This document shows positions 45,801-59,913 of a stretch of 64,000 bases of DNA, piece after piece (position 1 is the stretch's first letter; the number at the start of each line of letters is the position of its first letter). The translations under genes were made by a program, and so were the position numbers. The DNA comes from Eutreptiella sp. 'Long Island Sound 2002' (lineage: Eukaryota; Protista; Euglenida), in contig OZ038378.1 of assembly GCA_964036045.1 (NCBI GenBank), positions 169,632,001-169,696,000 of the forward strand, read 5' to 3'. Below the pieces are notes generated by a model. The model saw only the letters and a list, made by a program, of their open reading frames with translations, was not told where the DNA came from and made no database searches.

Positions 45801-48800
45801 ATTTGTTGACCCGCAGGTTGCACCCCTTTTGCAGTGGGGCTCCACATCAAGGGGTAAGTTCCACCTGAATATTTTGCTCAATTGGACATCCCAGCGGAAG
45901 TCTCGTGGCGCAGCATCAAGCGCATATTTTCTATCCATTGCACACCATGATGCATTGATCAAAATGGGGCACGAAGGGCATGGTTCGGGCCCATTTCAGC
46001 CCAGAGTAGTCCCTTTGTCCACTCACATACTTCGGCTATCGGCCGTGCCATGGAACGTGGTTTGACATCTCGCCCTGCTGACAATGTCCTGATTTGAGTT
46101 GAGGTCCTGAGTCAGCAGTTGCAACACCATCCTCCTCCACGTGCACAACATGGGCAGTGTTACATAAGTGTTACAGTCACACTGTTACCTGGAGGATCAG
46201 CATAGATCTTGGACCACCAAACAGAATTGTTTGGCATGAGCAAAGCAAGCCAGTTGCAGCACGGGATTGGTTTTCATTGTTTGGCTGATTTTTGGATTCT
46301 GGAAAGCCATGTGTCATCGCCCAAGATGACCAAGCTGGAGTGGAGCCCGGAGTGAAGGCAAAGAGTTATTCACAAAATGCCTGCGAGATGTGGTTGTTGT
46401 TGTTGGCTGAATATGATGAGAAAGGGGTACAGGAATATAAACGTTTGCTTGCTCGGGGAAGGCACTCGTTGGGGATGGGTATCGTGCAGCCCAGAAGGAC
46501 TACTTTAATAATGGGGTGGCAACCCTAACCCTGGGCTTGTGGGTGGTCAGCAGGGCTCTGGTATTTTGTAGCATGTGACCCTGGATATGACTGCAGCTGA
46601 CCCCTGGCAGTTGCAGCAGCATTCAACATCCGTGGTCATTCATCTTTTGAAGGTCCAATCCAGCCTGCGACTCTGCTCTACCTCCAGATATCAGGGGGCG
46701 CTGGCATTCAGTGCCGCTGCTGCTGTTGCTGCTGTCGCCGCTGCATTGCTACGGCTGCGGGCGCTGTTGCTGGCACTGCTGTTGCTGCTGCTGCTGCGGA
46801 TCTCATGTAGGGAATTTTCTCAAGGGGCTGCGGCAACTCGCCCGGCCCGCCTTTCTTGCCACCACCTCCGACCCCGCATAGTTTTACTCTCTTGAACGGA
46901 ACTGTATTCTGTTACTCTGCAGAGCAAGACTTCAGTCCGTGCCGCAAACAGCCCTGTAGCCCAGTTGAGTGTGCCCATGACGGACACGACCAAGAGCCAC
47001 GGCATGTCGGCAATGTCAAACGGGAGGGCGAAAGGGGACGGACATGGTCCGACGCCACGCGTCAGCACCGTTAGCGCAGCGCAGGGCCAGTCTCAAGCAC
47101 CCAAGAGCCAGTCCCAAACCAACGGCATGACCAGTGGCAGAGCGCCGCATGCCCCCTGTGCGGCACACGTTACCGACACAACCAAAACCCAGCCCCGTGT
47201 CAACGGGATGCCCAACGGCAAAGCATTCAACGCCAACGGTTTGCCCAACGGCAAAACACCCTTCCTCGCATCAGCGCACAACGCGTCCTCTGAAGCGCAC
47301 GTGTCGGGCACGCCCAGAACCCATTCTTCTGCAAATGGCATGCCTAATGGCAAGGCCCATGTCTCGATCAAGGCGAACAAGTCTGCGCGGGTTTCTCCTG
47401 ACAATTCAGTTCTGGATGACACGTCGAGTGCTTCTTCCCGGTCATCTCCGTCTGGCTCCCCCGTGACGGGACCGGCCACAGACAAAGACGCGCCCAGTGG
47501 CGCGCCGTTGCACAACAAGAAGCGGAAGCGCAACAAAATTACCAAAGAGCAAATCGCCTCTTCTGACGTTCTGCGTGGACCTATTGGAACGGCGCTGGGA
47601 CATGAAGCAGACATCCCTTCCAGGTGTTCAATTGCGGCCGCCAAAGTGTATTACTGTGTGCCACAGTGCTGCGCCACAATACCGAGCATGCGGCATGCAA
47701 TATCATGCATGACACAGTGCTGCATGTGACACTGCTGTATTCTCAGGGCTCCATGGCGTACACTTTGAGGACACCTCAGGTCAGTGGAAATTTTTCGGCG
47801 GAGGCCAGCAAAGAAACGGGGGGAACGGGGAGAGGGCCAGCAAAGGATGGAAAACGGGGCGAAACAGGGAAAAACAGGAAAGGTTCGTCTTTGTTACGTG
47901 TGCTTCGGTTGATGGGTGATGTATTCTTCACTGGAATCGTATTTCTAGAATGCAGGAACAGGATGGCATCATGATCACTGGCGGTACAGTCCACAGAAAG
48001 ATCATCAGTCGGGCCAATTCTCAGGGAGGGTCAAAAGGATCACAATCTTTCCCATGATAAGTTTTTTCAACCAACCTCCAACTCCCGACCAACACTGAGC
48101 AGGGGCATGCAATTGAAGCCCGTAAACAGTGATGTGCAGAAGCTGAAGCAATGTGCAGAATTTCTTACTATCTGCTACTTGTCTTACAATTCACGGCAAA
48201 CAGCAACATGAAAACGTTTTGGTATGTCACGATGAGTTTTCTCACAGACAGGATCGACGGGGCGGGGCTGGCAAGGCAAAGGCAACCAAGGCAACTTCAA
48301 AGTCACCAACTGAAAAAGGGAGCACGGGCAGGGCCTCAGGGGCAGTCCCTAAAACCACTCTACCGGGATTTCCCCCCATTTTCCCGCATTTTCCGGTTTT
48401 CCCCCGTTTCGACCAGTTTTCCCGGAGCAGCCGCAGTGTTGCACGTGGTTCTGGGCTATGGCAGCGCATCGATGCGGGTGCAGAGCCCCAGTTGAGATTG
48501 AGGGAGGAATCGTGCCTGGGCCTTTCCTCGGGTTTTGTCCACCAACGCCGTCCATCGAGAAACCCTTCCATAGTCACATTTCTGATGAACACTCAATACA
48601 AACATCAATGTGCAAGAGAGCTGCAAATGTTGCTGCAGGGTCGGCAGAGCTTTTCGGAGATGATGTTTCATGGGCTGTGCAAATGGAAGGGAAAGGAGCA
48701 GACACAGCTTGCGGGTTCCAAGTGGGGCGCACTCCAACCGACAATCGGGACTGATTTGGTGTATCTTGAGAATCCGTCGCTGCGTTCCCGATACTGAGCA

Positions 48801-51800
48801 TTCTTTTCCCTCTTGAGGGTGTTCACTGATGGCCCTTTGTTGGGATTACTCAGTACTTGTTTTCCCTCAAAGGTTGGGGATGCATTTAGGAGAGCAAGTC
48901 ATCGCGGGGAGGGGATTCATGCAATGGAGGAGGACGAGGACAAGGAGGGGCTGTGAGTGTCGGTTACCGGGCTGAAACCTGACCAGGCGCCGGCAAGCAA
49001 GGCACCACCCGTGTCTCCACGTCCATCACGGGTCCGTGAAAGGGACTTCTGGGAAAGCGGAATGGCCGTTTCCAATTTCCATCACCACAAAAGCAACAAA
49101 TTCGGAATGTTTAGAACAGAGCATTGCCTTTTTCGTAAAAACAAGTGTTCTCGTCATTATTGGTGGTGGTTTAGGTGCCGCCGCCGCCACTGCTGCTATA
49201 TTGTGGTTTTGCAACGCTCGCAGATGTTCTCAATGATGTTTTGATTGTGCTGTTGGTGTATCAATACTTTGTGCCTCGACGAGGTTGGTACCTGGTTTTT
49301 GGTGCAGCTGCTATTTTTGCTTCTGCAACTGCTGTGCCTGCATATGGCCCTCTTCCTTTTTGCCTGAGACAGTTGGATTCCTCTTTTACATCCCTTGTTT
49401 TGATTGTTGCTCATAGCTCCCAAGATGCAGCTCTGGAGACGGCCACCAGATCGAAAGCCCTGCATATTCAGGTATGAGCGTCGCCTGGAGGAACGAGTAG
49501 CCACAGCTCGTATCCATGTTCGCAGGGGAGATTTTTCAGGGTGGGGTCTTCTTGGATGCTGGCGGCACTTGGACCAGCGCCCCACTCACTCTCATTTGCC
49601 CCATCAGCGTGGGTTTTGAGCCCCCTCTACGTCATCCAGGTTTCCCTTACGGCTGTGGTTAGGTAACCACCTCAGTTTTGGGGGCGTCCTCATGAACTCT
49701 GCGTAATGTTGACGGGCGAGAAGAGACTAAATGTGGGGGGCACTGTGACCATGACACAAACGACTGCCCACACGGTGGGGCGCACTGTGATGACTGGAGC
49801 TATCAAATGCAGCTTTCCCGGCCCAGACTTTCCACGACCCCCGATTGACCCCCGATCGACCCCAAATCAACGCGTGATCGCCCCCCGACCGCCCCCGATC
49901 GACTCCTGATCGCCCCCTGATCAGCCCCTAAACGGGCCCATATTGGCCTCCGACCAACCCCCGATCCTGATCGACCCCCGATCAACCCCCAATCGAGCCC
50001 CAAACACCCCCCGAACGACCCCCGATTGACACCCGATCGACTCCCGATCTACCCCCAAACGCCCCCTGAACGACCCCCGACGGACCCCGATTGAGCCCCG
50101 ATCAACCCCCGAAGGACCCCTGATCAACCCCCAATCGACCTCCGAACGACACCTGATTGACCCTCGAACAACCCCCAATCAACCCCCGATCCATCCCCGA
50201 TCGACCCCAGAACAACTCCCGATCGTCCCCCGATTGACCTCTGATCGACCCCCGATCAACCTGTGATGGATCCCTGATGGACTCGATTGACCCCTGAACG
50301 ACCCCCGATGGACCCCCGATCGGCTCCCGATCGATCCCCCAACAACGCCCAATTGACCCCCGATCGGCCCCGGAACGTCCCCCGAACAACCCCCAATCAA
50401 CCCCTGATCGACTTCCTATGACCCCCAATCGACCCCCCGATTGACCCCTGATTGACCCCCCTGATCAACCCTCGATGGACGATTGACCCCCAATCAACCC
50501 CCGATCGACCCCTAATCGACCCCCAATCGACGATCGACCCGCAATCGACCCGCAATCGACCCCCAATCGACCCCCGATCGACCCCCGATCGACGATTGAC
50601 CCCCCGATGGGCCCCCGATCAATCCCCGATGGACCCCTTATCAACCCTGGATCCAACCCAGAGCGACCACAGATCGACCTAGGATCTACCCCCAATCGAC
50701 CACGATCAACCGACCCCCAATCGACCCCGATCAACCCTTGAGCATCCCCCGACCGACCCCGTATCGACCCCCCCATCGACCCGATCGACCAGCGATCGAC
50801 CCTCGATCAACCCTGATCGACCCCGAAGAACCCCCGGCGGCGTTCGAGAAAAAGTCTGACCGTCTGTTTGAAAAAGCATGCACATCTAGGGACATTGAAC
50901 CGCCAGCTGGACATACAGCCGCTTAGCCCGAAGAAGCAAGCACTTTCGGTGATTTTGAAGTGCCCACCAGACCTACAGCTGCCCACTCTGAAGGAGAAAG
51001 CGCATCCGGTGGTATTGATGTGCTAGTCAACCCAATTTTAATGCTGCGGTGACTGAGTCACAAGAAGCAAGCACGTCTGATGGTGTTGAATTGCCAGTCG
51101 AACCGATCGTTCTGTGCCTTCAAACACGTTGTTCTGATGCTAGGAGCTGACCCTGCTGTTAGCTACCTTAAGCGAAGCTCTGCCGAACGAAATTCCGACA
51201 ACAGGTCGTGAAGTCTCCCGGCACAAAACCTTTGGATCCTGGTGATATGGAACATCAACAAAAATTACAAGTGTGACACGAAGAATCCAATGTGTTTGAC
51301 GCGTCTCCTGGAATACGGAGGGGAGGAAATGGACAGACCACGCTGGAGGAGGGCAGTGCCATGTCAGTGGCATTACAACAGCCAGGGAGTGTCTACATGT
51401 CGCATTCATCCTGTGTGCGCCTGGGTTCAAACAGAACACTTATTCAGCAAGGTCAACCCTCCTTGTAGCTTCCAGCACTGACGGATTCATCATGAAGTCG
51501 AGGAATTGGTTGAGCTAGAATACAAGACACGAGATTTGCTGGCACAAATTGCAGGCAAAGAACGGTGCCTGGTGAAATTGGCGCAGCAGAAATTCGGAGA
51601 TCATGCGGACTGGGCATGACAGGCGATCAGCACTGCACGAGAACACGAGTTTGAGGAATCGGGCCGACAGTTGAGGACGGAGAAGCGACAAGCCAAGCAT
51701 AGGCGCCACCCCAAGCAGAGGCGCGAAGGCAAGAGGCGCGGGCGACGTGAGTGTGGTCAGGAGCACCCCAAATTGAGCCTGATTGACCCCTGGTCAACCC

Positions 51801-54800
51801 CCGAAGGACCTATGAATGATCCCCAATCCACCCCCAATCGACCATGGATGGACCTCTGGTCAACCCCTCATCGACCCCTGATTGATCCGCGATCACAGGG
51901 CCTGCTCCCAGCGAGGACCCAACCCCAAGGCGGGAGCCCCCCCCCCCCCCCCCTCAGACCCCAAAATGGCTGTACGGAACAATGGGTTTTGTGGACGCCG
52001 GATATTTTGTTTTAGGCATTTTTTTATTTGACCCTATGTGTCTATACTCAAACTACTCAGAATTTGTGAAGAATTCAAAAATGGATGAAAAATACAAAAA
52101 AGGATTTTGACCCCGACCCGACCTCCGGGTCGGACCTTGGCTGATGGCAGCCTGAGTTGATGGGCAAATTTTTCTGAAAAATTTTTTTTCTACCCCAGTT
52201 GTATATATTCAAAATGACCAGCGCGTCATGGGGATCATTTTGAGGTATGTATGTTGGGGTACCCCCCCCCCCCCGGGGGGGGGGAGCCCGGCGGCTGACC
52301 GCCCTACCCGCCGACCCCAAGGTTTGGGTCAACGAAGGGGGGGGGGTTCCCTCCCCCCCTTCGGGGGCAAGGTGGGGAACCCCCCCCCCCTCTACCACCC
52401 CTGAAATGGTTGAACACCCCTCGGGTCTGAACCCTGGCTAGGAGCAGCCCCCGTGTCCGCGGTCGACCCCCGATCCACCCCAAAAAAACCACCGATCGAC
52501 CCCTAATCAACCCTTGAGCGTCCCCCAATTGACCCCTGATCGACCCATGATTGGCCCCCAATCAACCCCGATTGACCCTTCATCTATCCCCGATGGAGCC
52601 CTGCTCGACACTTGAACAACCCCTGATCGACCCCCGATCGACCCCGAAGAACCCCCGAGCAACCCCCGATCAACCCTCAATCGACCCTTGATCTACCCCT
52701 GGTCGACCCCCGATCAATCCCTGATCGACAATCGACCCACAATTGACCCACAATCGACCCACAAATGACCCCCAATCCTCCCCCCAATCGACGTCCCCGA
52801 AGGACCTCTGAAGGACCCCTGATCGACACCCGAACCACCCCCTATTGACCCCCAAAATCCCTGATTAAGCCCTGATCAACCCCTGATCAACTCCTGCAGG
52901 ACTTCCGAATGATCCCCGATCAACCCCCAATGGACCCCCAATGGAACCCCGATCGACCTCCGGTCAACCCCCGATCGACCTCCGATCCACCCCAAACAAC
53001 CCCCGATCCACCCCAGATCGACCCTTGAGCATCCCCCAATTGACCCCTGATCGACCCCCGATCGGCCCCTGATCGGCCCCTGATCCACCCCCAATCAACC
53101 CCCTAAAATACCCCCAATCTACCCCTGATCGACCCCTGATCGACTTCGATTGACCCTTGAGCACCCCCCCGATCAACCCCCAATTGACCCCCAATTGACC
53201 CCCGATCGACCCCCAAAGGTATCAGCTGAACTTGGGCTTAACTTGGGCTTAAATCGGGCTTAACTGGGGCTTAAGTTGGGCTTAACTTGGGCTTAACTTG
53301 GGCTTAACTTGGGCTTAACTTGGGCTTAACTTGGGCTTAATTCAGGCTTAACTCAGGCTTTACTCACGCTTAACTCGGGCTTATCTCGGGCTCATCTCGG
53401 GCTAAACTTGGGCTGAACTTGGGCTGAACTTTTACTTCACTCGGACTTAACTCGGACTTAACTTGGGCTTAACTTGGGCTAAACTTGGGCTTATCTCGGT
53501 CGATGGGGGGTTGTTCAGGGGTCGTTCCGGGGTCGTTCTCAGGGGTCGTTCTCGGGGTTGATCTGGGGGTTGTTCTGCGGGTTGTATAGAGATGGGTGGA
53601 TATGGGCTGTTTTCCTTTTAATATGGGTGGATATGGGCAGCCCTGGTCCTCCTTGCCAGTGTCCCGTACCAGGCGCTACGCTGGCCTGTGTTGAACCAGA
53701 GGGACAGAGAATTGGCAGGCACATGGCCTCTTTGGCACAACCCCTGGGGCCAGGTGGTCAACAGGGAGGCGCAATAAAGTCAAAAGAGAAGAGAAGAGAG
53801 GGCGGAAAGAGCCGGTACAGAAATCTGGGCTGCTGCTGTTCGAGCCACAGCCCAGTAGACGGGTTGGAAGTCCAGCGCCTCGACGCCCCGCTGTATTTGT
53901 TGCCGCTGCGGTGCGCCAATGTATTCGCTTGTCTTGCTTCCATGCACCGCCGCCATCTCGCAGAGACACGAAGACAAGGACTGTGGTCACCGCCAGAAGA
54001 AGAAGAAGCTGCACGATCACGCAAAGGATCATGACAAGGAAGTGATCCTGAAAAAGAAGGCATGTACAATGTTGACGGCTGTTGATGCTTTTTGTTTTGA
54101 GGAACCCAGTGGGGCTGAGATGGCAGAGGGTCGGTGTGACTGGCTGCCACACATGCTCGTTCAGCTTGGGCCATACCCCCATGGTTGGTCTGAGGCTGGA
54201 CCCTCCACTTTGCAATTGACAAAGGATTGGTCACTGTCAGCATCAACAGCCTGATGGAGCTCTGCGTGTTTTTTGGGGGCGGGCTTGTACCAGGTGTTCC
54301 ATTTAACAAAGGCCGCTGTGCCACTTGCTCCAACATCCCGTCCTCAACGTGACACAAACGCTGTCATCACAATTTTTGGTTTGGTTGAGAGTGTCAAGCA
54401 AAAATGCTGGCATGGTCGCTTCTGCAGGGCCTGCACCAAGCCAAAGAGTCGAATCAGCACACACAAACATGCGTAGGAGCACCATCATGAGTGGCACAGG
54501 CCACTCCGGGCGGCTGCACTGCGCCAGATAAGTACTATGGGGACAAAGTGCATGGGCTTCAGTTTTCCGTGCGGCCTTTAATTGTAGTGCCAGATGCATG
54601 TTTGATGATTTGACGGTATACAATATCCTCAATGCAGATCTTTACGAAGGCCACCCACAGTCCCCAAATGTCACCTCTTCAACCTCCTGAGGCATCCAAA
54701 AGTGTCACACCTCCGGCGATTGAGCTGCCTGGGGCGTCCACTGCCGCAAGCCCCGCAGCATGCCCTGCAACGGCTCATGAGGCACGAAGGAAGTTGAAGA

Positions 54801-57800
54801 ATGAAAAGCGGTTGGCGAAGTTGCGACGGAAATCTGCAACTTGCGGTATGCATGAGGATTTGTGCCCGAGTCCCAACGCAACCTGCATTCTGATATGCGA
54901 TCGGATTGCGTCAAGTGCTGGGCGATGCTTGGGGAGAATTGGTTATACCCCTAAGACCGAGATGTTGGATGGGCGGGCAGCCGTGCGTTGCATTGTGAAC
55001 CACGTGCCTGGGCGACGTGTCGGGTACTCTGTAACTGCTATCGGGTTACTCTGCTGCAACGACGTCAGGGGAATGTGCCAAAGCGTGAATTTATGGGCAC
55101 TTCTCCTGGTGCAGTAGCATTCTATATTGCACAATGCTTCAGAGCCGGACATCGAGAATAAGAAGTTGCATGTGCAGAAGCCGTCCACACTGTGCAGCAA
55201 CGAATCCGCTTCACATTCGTCGAAGGTTCCGAAGGCTTCGCAGCCCCAGACGCTGAAGTCTCAGTCCCAGGTTCCATGCTCAGGCTGAGGGTCTGCGCCC
55301 CCTGGAGCTGAGTGGAAAGTGCAAGCCGAGGGTGGGGGGCTGGAGGGTGTCGTTCGACCATTTTTTCCCCCCCGGCCGTTGAATTTCCATAAAACAGCAG
55401 ACGCACTTTAATAGAAGAGGGCATTGCCGCCAAGGAATGACGATGCAGCTTTTGGGTCTCCCCACCGGACACCACAGGCAAAGTGCAAGGGAATGCAGCG
55501 CACCACCGATGTGTAATGCTTGGTGATCAAAACCCTGACCCCTGACCCGCGATACAGTGCCACCATCAGTGGTGGTGAGCAACCTCCAAAATTCACGGCC
55601 TGGCACTGACTGAATGCAGAGCCTGTCAGCACTAGCAGGGTAGTGGACGCCGCAGAGGCAGTATGCTGCGGTCATGAGCAGCGGGACAAACATTCCACGT
55701 GCACCCACAAGAATACACTAAGTGCGACCCACCTTTATGAATCACCTCCCCCTCCCCCCCAACACACACTCCCCGCACAACTGGCTCGCTCAACCAAGGT
55801 CAGTTTTTCAGATGGTCTCACCTGACTCGACAATGGTGTCTGTAGTGAGACCGAGTGTATTTCCCGCCTTTTCCTGTTGTCCTTGTGAATGCTCCCTCCC
55901 CCCCAAACTCATCCACATGTGGACACCATGTCCGAAGGGGGGTTTGGGCATAACATAGGTAGTTTGGGTCAAATCAAATGTGTAGGCTGAAGGTTCCAAA
56001 CGACCACTTTTGTCCTCAGAAAACGGCCACTGCGTCACTGCAATCCCCTCAATAAGATGGTGTGAAGCAGCGGGGGGGGGGGGGGTCCGTGTCCAAACGT
56101 GAGCCCCCCCCCCCCCCCGCCCTGCGGTTGGTTATTGACAAAGGGTGGCCGGGTTTGGCCCAGAGAAATGGTGGCAGAAGGCACCGGGAATGTATGTACG
56201 GGGCGCTCTGACCTAGCGGTGCACGGGTCATTGTCGCGACTGTTCGGAGACGTGTGTAAGAACACTACCGGAACGGCTGGAACACACTACAGTAATGGTT
56301 GTGATACACTGAGCTGTTGAGTGACGCCATACGTCAGGTACCATGCTCTCCTCCACCTCGTAGATATGCTGGGCTCCTGCCTGATCAGTCTCATACTTGC
56401 CTCCACAGACCAAAGTTACTCCAATGAACATGCAGCGCATAAACTCGGAGTTGAACAGCGTCTCCAACAAAAGCATATCAGGTCATCTGCAGTAATTATA
56501 CGTGTGTGTGTGTGTGTGTGTGTGTTGTCACACGTATACGTCGCATACGGGCCCCAGTTTGCAACCTGCCGCTGGGGTACTTGCAGCTCTGGTGACGTCG
56601 TCGTGATTGCAGGCCGGTTCTGCCATAGGGCAGCACCGTGCTTCCTGTTTCGTAGGTTGAGAGCAGTTCTGCGCGCCTGTCCCCACAGAAAGGCGCCTAT
56701 TGGCGTTGAACATGCTTTGTCTTGTTTGACTGTAGGACTAACGAGGAATCTGACATTCGGACCTGGCTTTGTGCTGCTCGTCTGTTTGTTTGCAATTGTG
56801 TGTGTGTGTGAAGACGTTTGGGGGGTGGTATCATTCGTTTGCACAAACGAGCGTGGGAAATGTCGTTTGCAGACGGGGTCATGAAGGGCCGCCTCCCTGG
56901 GACCTCCAGTCCTGGCAGTCGCCAAATACTGAATATTGGGACCAAGCCTGTGGGGAGGAGCATTGCGCGCTCCTCTTTCAGGAACCACCCCTCCCTCCCC
57001 CATTCCTCTCCTCCTCCAACCGCCTAACCCCCCCCCCCCCCTCTCTAGTCCCGCCTTGGACGGCTCACCCCCTGTCCCTCTCCAAGAGGGCTGTTTTGGC
57101 AGGCGGGTGGGGTGGATCCCATTACATTCTGTGGCATGACATCACATCCCAGGCTGCTCACGCAGCCTCCTTCAACATCCTTCACCACGATTTTACACCA
57201 AGCGACGAGTACGCAGTAGCTTTTCTTCCCCATCACGCGATTGACCCTTTGCCTGCTCTCCAGCAGCTTTAGCCGTGGGTGGTGTTGACCCCCCCCCCCG
57301 CCCCCTCATTGTCGGACATGATATTTTGTCTTCCTGCTTCAGACACAGGTGTGTTATGAGGTTTAACCAGGTCAGGCATAGAGAATAAAGATGCACTTAT
57401 GCCTGGCTGTGGAGTGCATTGCCTCAAGTTTGCATTTTTGCAGCACTGTCTGTCAGTTTTTCAATCAATCTCATTCCATCTAATTAAGTCTCACCCCCCC
57501 GTCCCCTCCCCCAGTGGCTGGCCGGATATGGCTATGCCACATGGCGGGATGGGCGGGTTGCCAACTGCTGAAAAAGGCTTGCCGGGTCGTCGAACGGGGC
57601 CAAGCCTGTTAGCCAGGGCCAGCCGGCTGATTCGTTGGCTCGGTGGTAGGCCACGCTCTCTTTCTGGAATGAGGGATGCTGACAAGGTCATGGGGGTTGC
57701 TTCAGTGTCCACTCGGGCCTCCTTCGCGGCACGTGCGATAGTAGCATGCACCCGATGGATGTGCTACGTCATATCCACAGCCTGGGAAACAGACGATGCC

Positions 57801-59877
57801 CAAAAGGCAGTGGAAACCAGACGTGCGGCTGAGCGGCATCTTGAGCAGAGACCCGGCGTCCAAAAGTGTGTCCCTTTTGCCTCATGCGTCTCCTGCCTAC
57901 CCACACCCACTACAAATCAGCATTGGTCACTGCACCCTGGGTACTGACTCCACCACAACGGCTGACCAGCCTTCCTCCTTGTGCAGATCTGGATGACACC
58001 GCAGGCGAACTCCTGAGACGCCGCCATACAACGGCCCTGCGAATGATTGCCCTACGGACCCTCGACGTGTCTAACCCGGGCACATGGTGGATAGATCTGG
58101 TCTGCCCTTGACAAATGTCATGGAGCTGTGGCCCTGTCGAAATGCCATTGCTGCTGGCACAAGGCACAAAAGAGGCAACCAAAAACAAAAACAAACTCAA
58201 CGGCAAAATACCCGGGAATGCAGCGCAATGCTCGGTGACCCGGAACCCTTGGCCCTGTGTTACATTCCCCCCTTCAGCGGTGGTGAGCACCCACCACTTC
58301 ACTGTCATCAAAAGGACTGAATGTGAAGCATTGCGTCGCTGCCATTGGAGGGATGCCAACGGACACAAGCAGCGTAATCCAACCCGGCACACTTGAACTT
58401 CTGCAACACTTGCGGTTGGAGAGTTTGCCCCCGCCACCCTCCAGCACCCACCCCCTCCATGTAAAGCCATTCGATTTCCGATTGCCTTCCACAGCCATGT
58501 TTTCAGAAACAGCAATGCACTGGATTCTCCTATTTGCTTGTTGTACCCCTGCATCGGCACTTGAGCCCCCACCCCCCCACCCCTGGATCAACACCAGGTG
58601 TCCCCACACGTATCAACACCTGACCCTCCCCCTTTCCGACGGAGCACCAGGGATCCTATGAAGCAGAGTGTGGAAAGGGGCGGGGTCAACAGTCTGGCAC
58701 CAGCGGCGGGACCTCAACGCATCTTATTTTACGGAGCACATTCTGCCATGCAGACCTGTTCCTAACAGGCTGTCCCTTCGGAACGAGATGTTCCTTCTCC
58801 TTTTTTTCTCCACGAAGGACGGCCTGAGGTCATCGGTGGCAGGGTTCGGTCCACTCACCACTCAACCGACGGAGGTTGGCGCTTACCCGGCGGCAGTTGC
58901 TGGCCAAGCGATGCCGGTTGGCCGATGACCGACGCAGTCACTCGCCGGCCGGCGCTCCGCGGAGGTCCGAGCGTACCGGAGGCCGGCGTTTTTTTGTGTT
59001 TTTTGCATTACGGACAGCCCTGGTCCCTAAGTACCGGGTTCGGACAAACACAGCATCCCAGGGTGTCTCCCTTCTCAAACGGATGCATTTGTGGGCAGCC
59101 ATTCCTGTGCTCTCGTAGCGCCTCTGTGCACTGAATCCTTGAAGCCAAGCTTGACCCTGAATTGCGAAGGCATCATAACAAATCTTGGCAAAAGTGCAAA
59201 TGCCATCCGTGGGTGCAGTGCACCGCCCGGTGGGAGCAATCGCCTTTTGTGTGTAACCCACAAAACCTGGCAGCAAGGGTCGGTTGGCCACTGCCTCGTA
59301 AGTGGCCATCCCCTTGCTGGTGCCCACTGGTGCCTACTGGTGCTTAGCAAGGTATGTGCTCCTTATTCGAAGTTGATAAATGTTGGTGTAGATCTCGCTC
59401 CCAGGCTCGATTTGGTGCACGGTGTAAGTTGGTGTTCTTCAGCCACACCCGCTCTTCCAGAAGTAAGAGAGACCGGCAGTTGGACGAGGAGTACGACAAG
59501 GGCAGAGAAAGAAAGGTGAAGAAATTCAAGCCTCGTCCGAAGGAGGTATTCTGTACTGTCTCCTTTCTCTTTCTTGGCTACATTCAAAGTGCCCTCCCTT
59601 CTGTGTCTTTCTCTGTATGTATTGCAGAGGAAACCCCGGCCTCCACATTTCGTGGTCGGCTGCATGGGCCGTCGAGGCGCATTGGGGAGACGCTTGGCTA
59701 GAATTGTGCCATTCCCTGCCCCACCCACTTCTTTTGGACTTTCTTCTTCCTTGATGGCAGGCGTTTTGATTGTGTCGTGCATATCCAGAACGACCAGATG
59801 GCCATGCGGCACTCTGACACGCATTTTTAGGGCAATTGGGACTGCCTGGCCTCGGGAACGTGGTCCAGTGCTGCATG

Positions 59878-59913
<36 letters not shown>

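Larger units (their letters stand above)
49845..53218. repeat. Degenerate ~11-bp satellite (GACCCCCGATC consensus) with insertions
   Basis: Many cccc(c)gatc/ccccaatc units at 49845-50825, 51780-51895 and 52465-53218. Confidence 0.93.

Noticed and set aside
45829-45859. Extra USP exon (VAPLLQWGSTSRG|gtaagt)
   Set aside because: Strong donor, but it would shift phase; the flanking exons join in frame without it
49803-53194. Gly/Arg/Ser/Asp-rich ORFs (GVDRGSIGG repeats)
   Set aside because: Translations of the 11-bp satellite; frame not maintained
57987-58060. Possible USP exon DLDDTAGELLRRR
   Set aside because: With the upstream phase-2 donor it gives an immediate TGA; 57865 joins 59443 correctly
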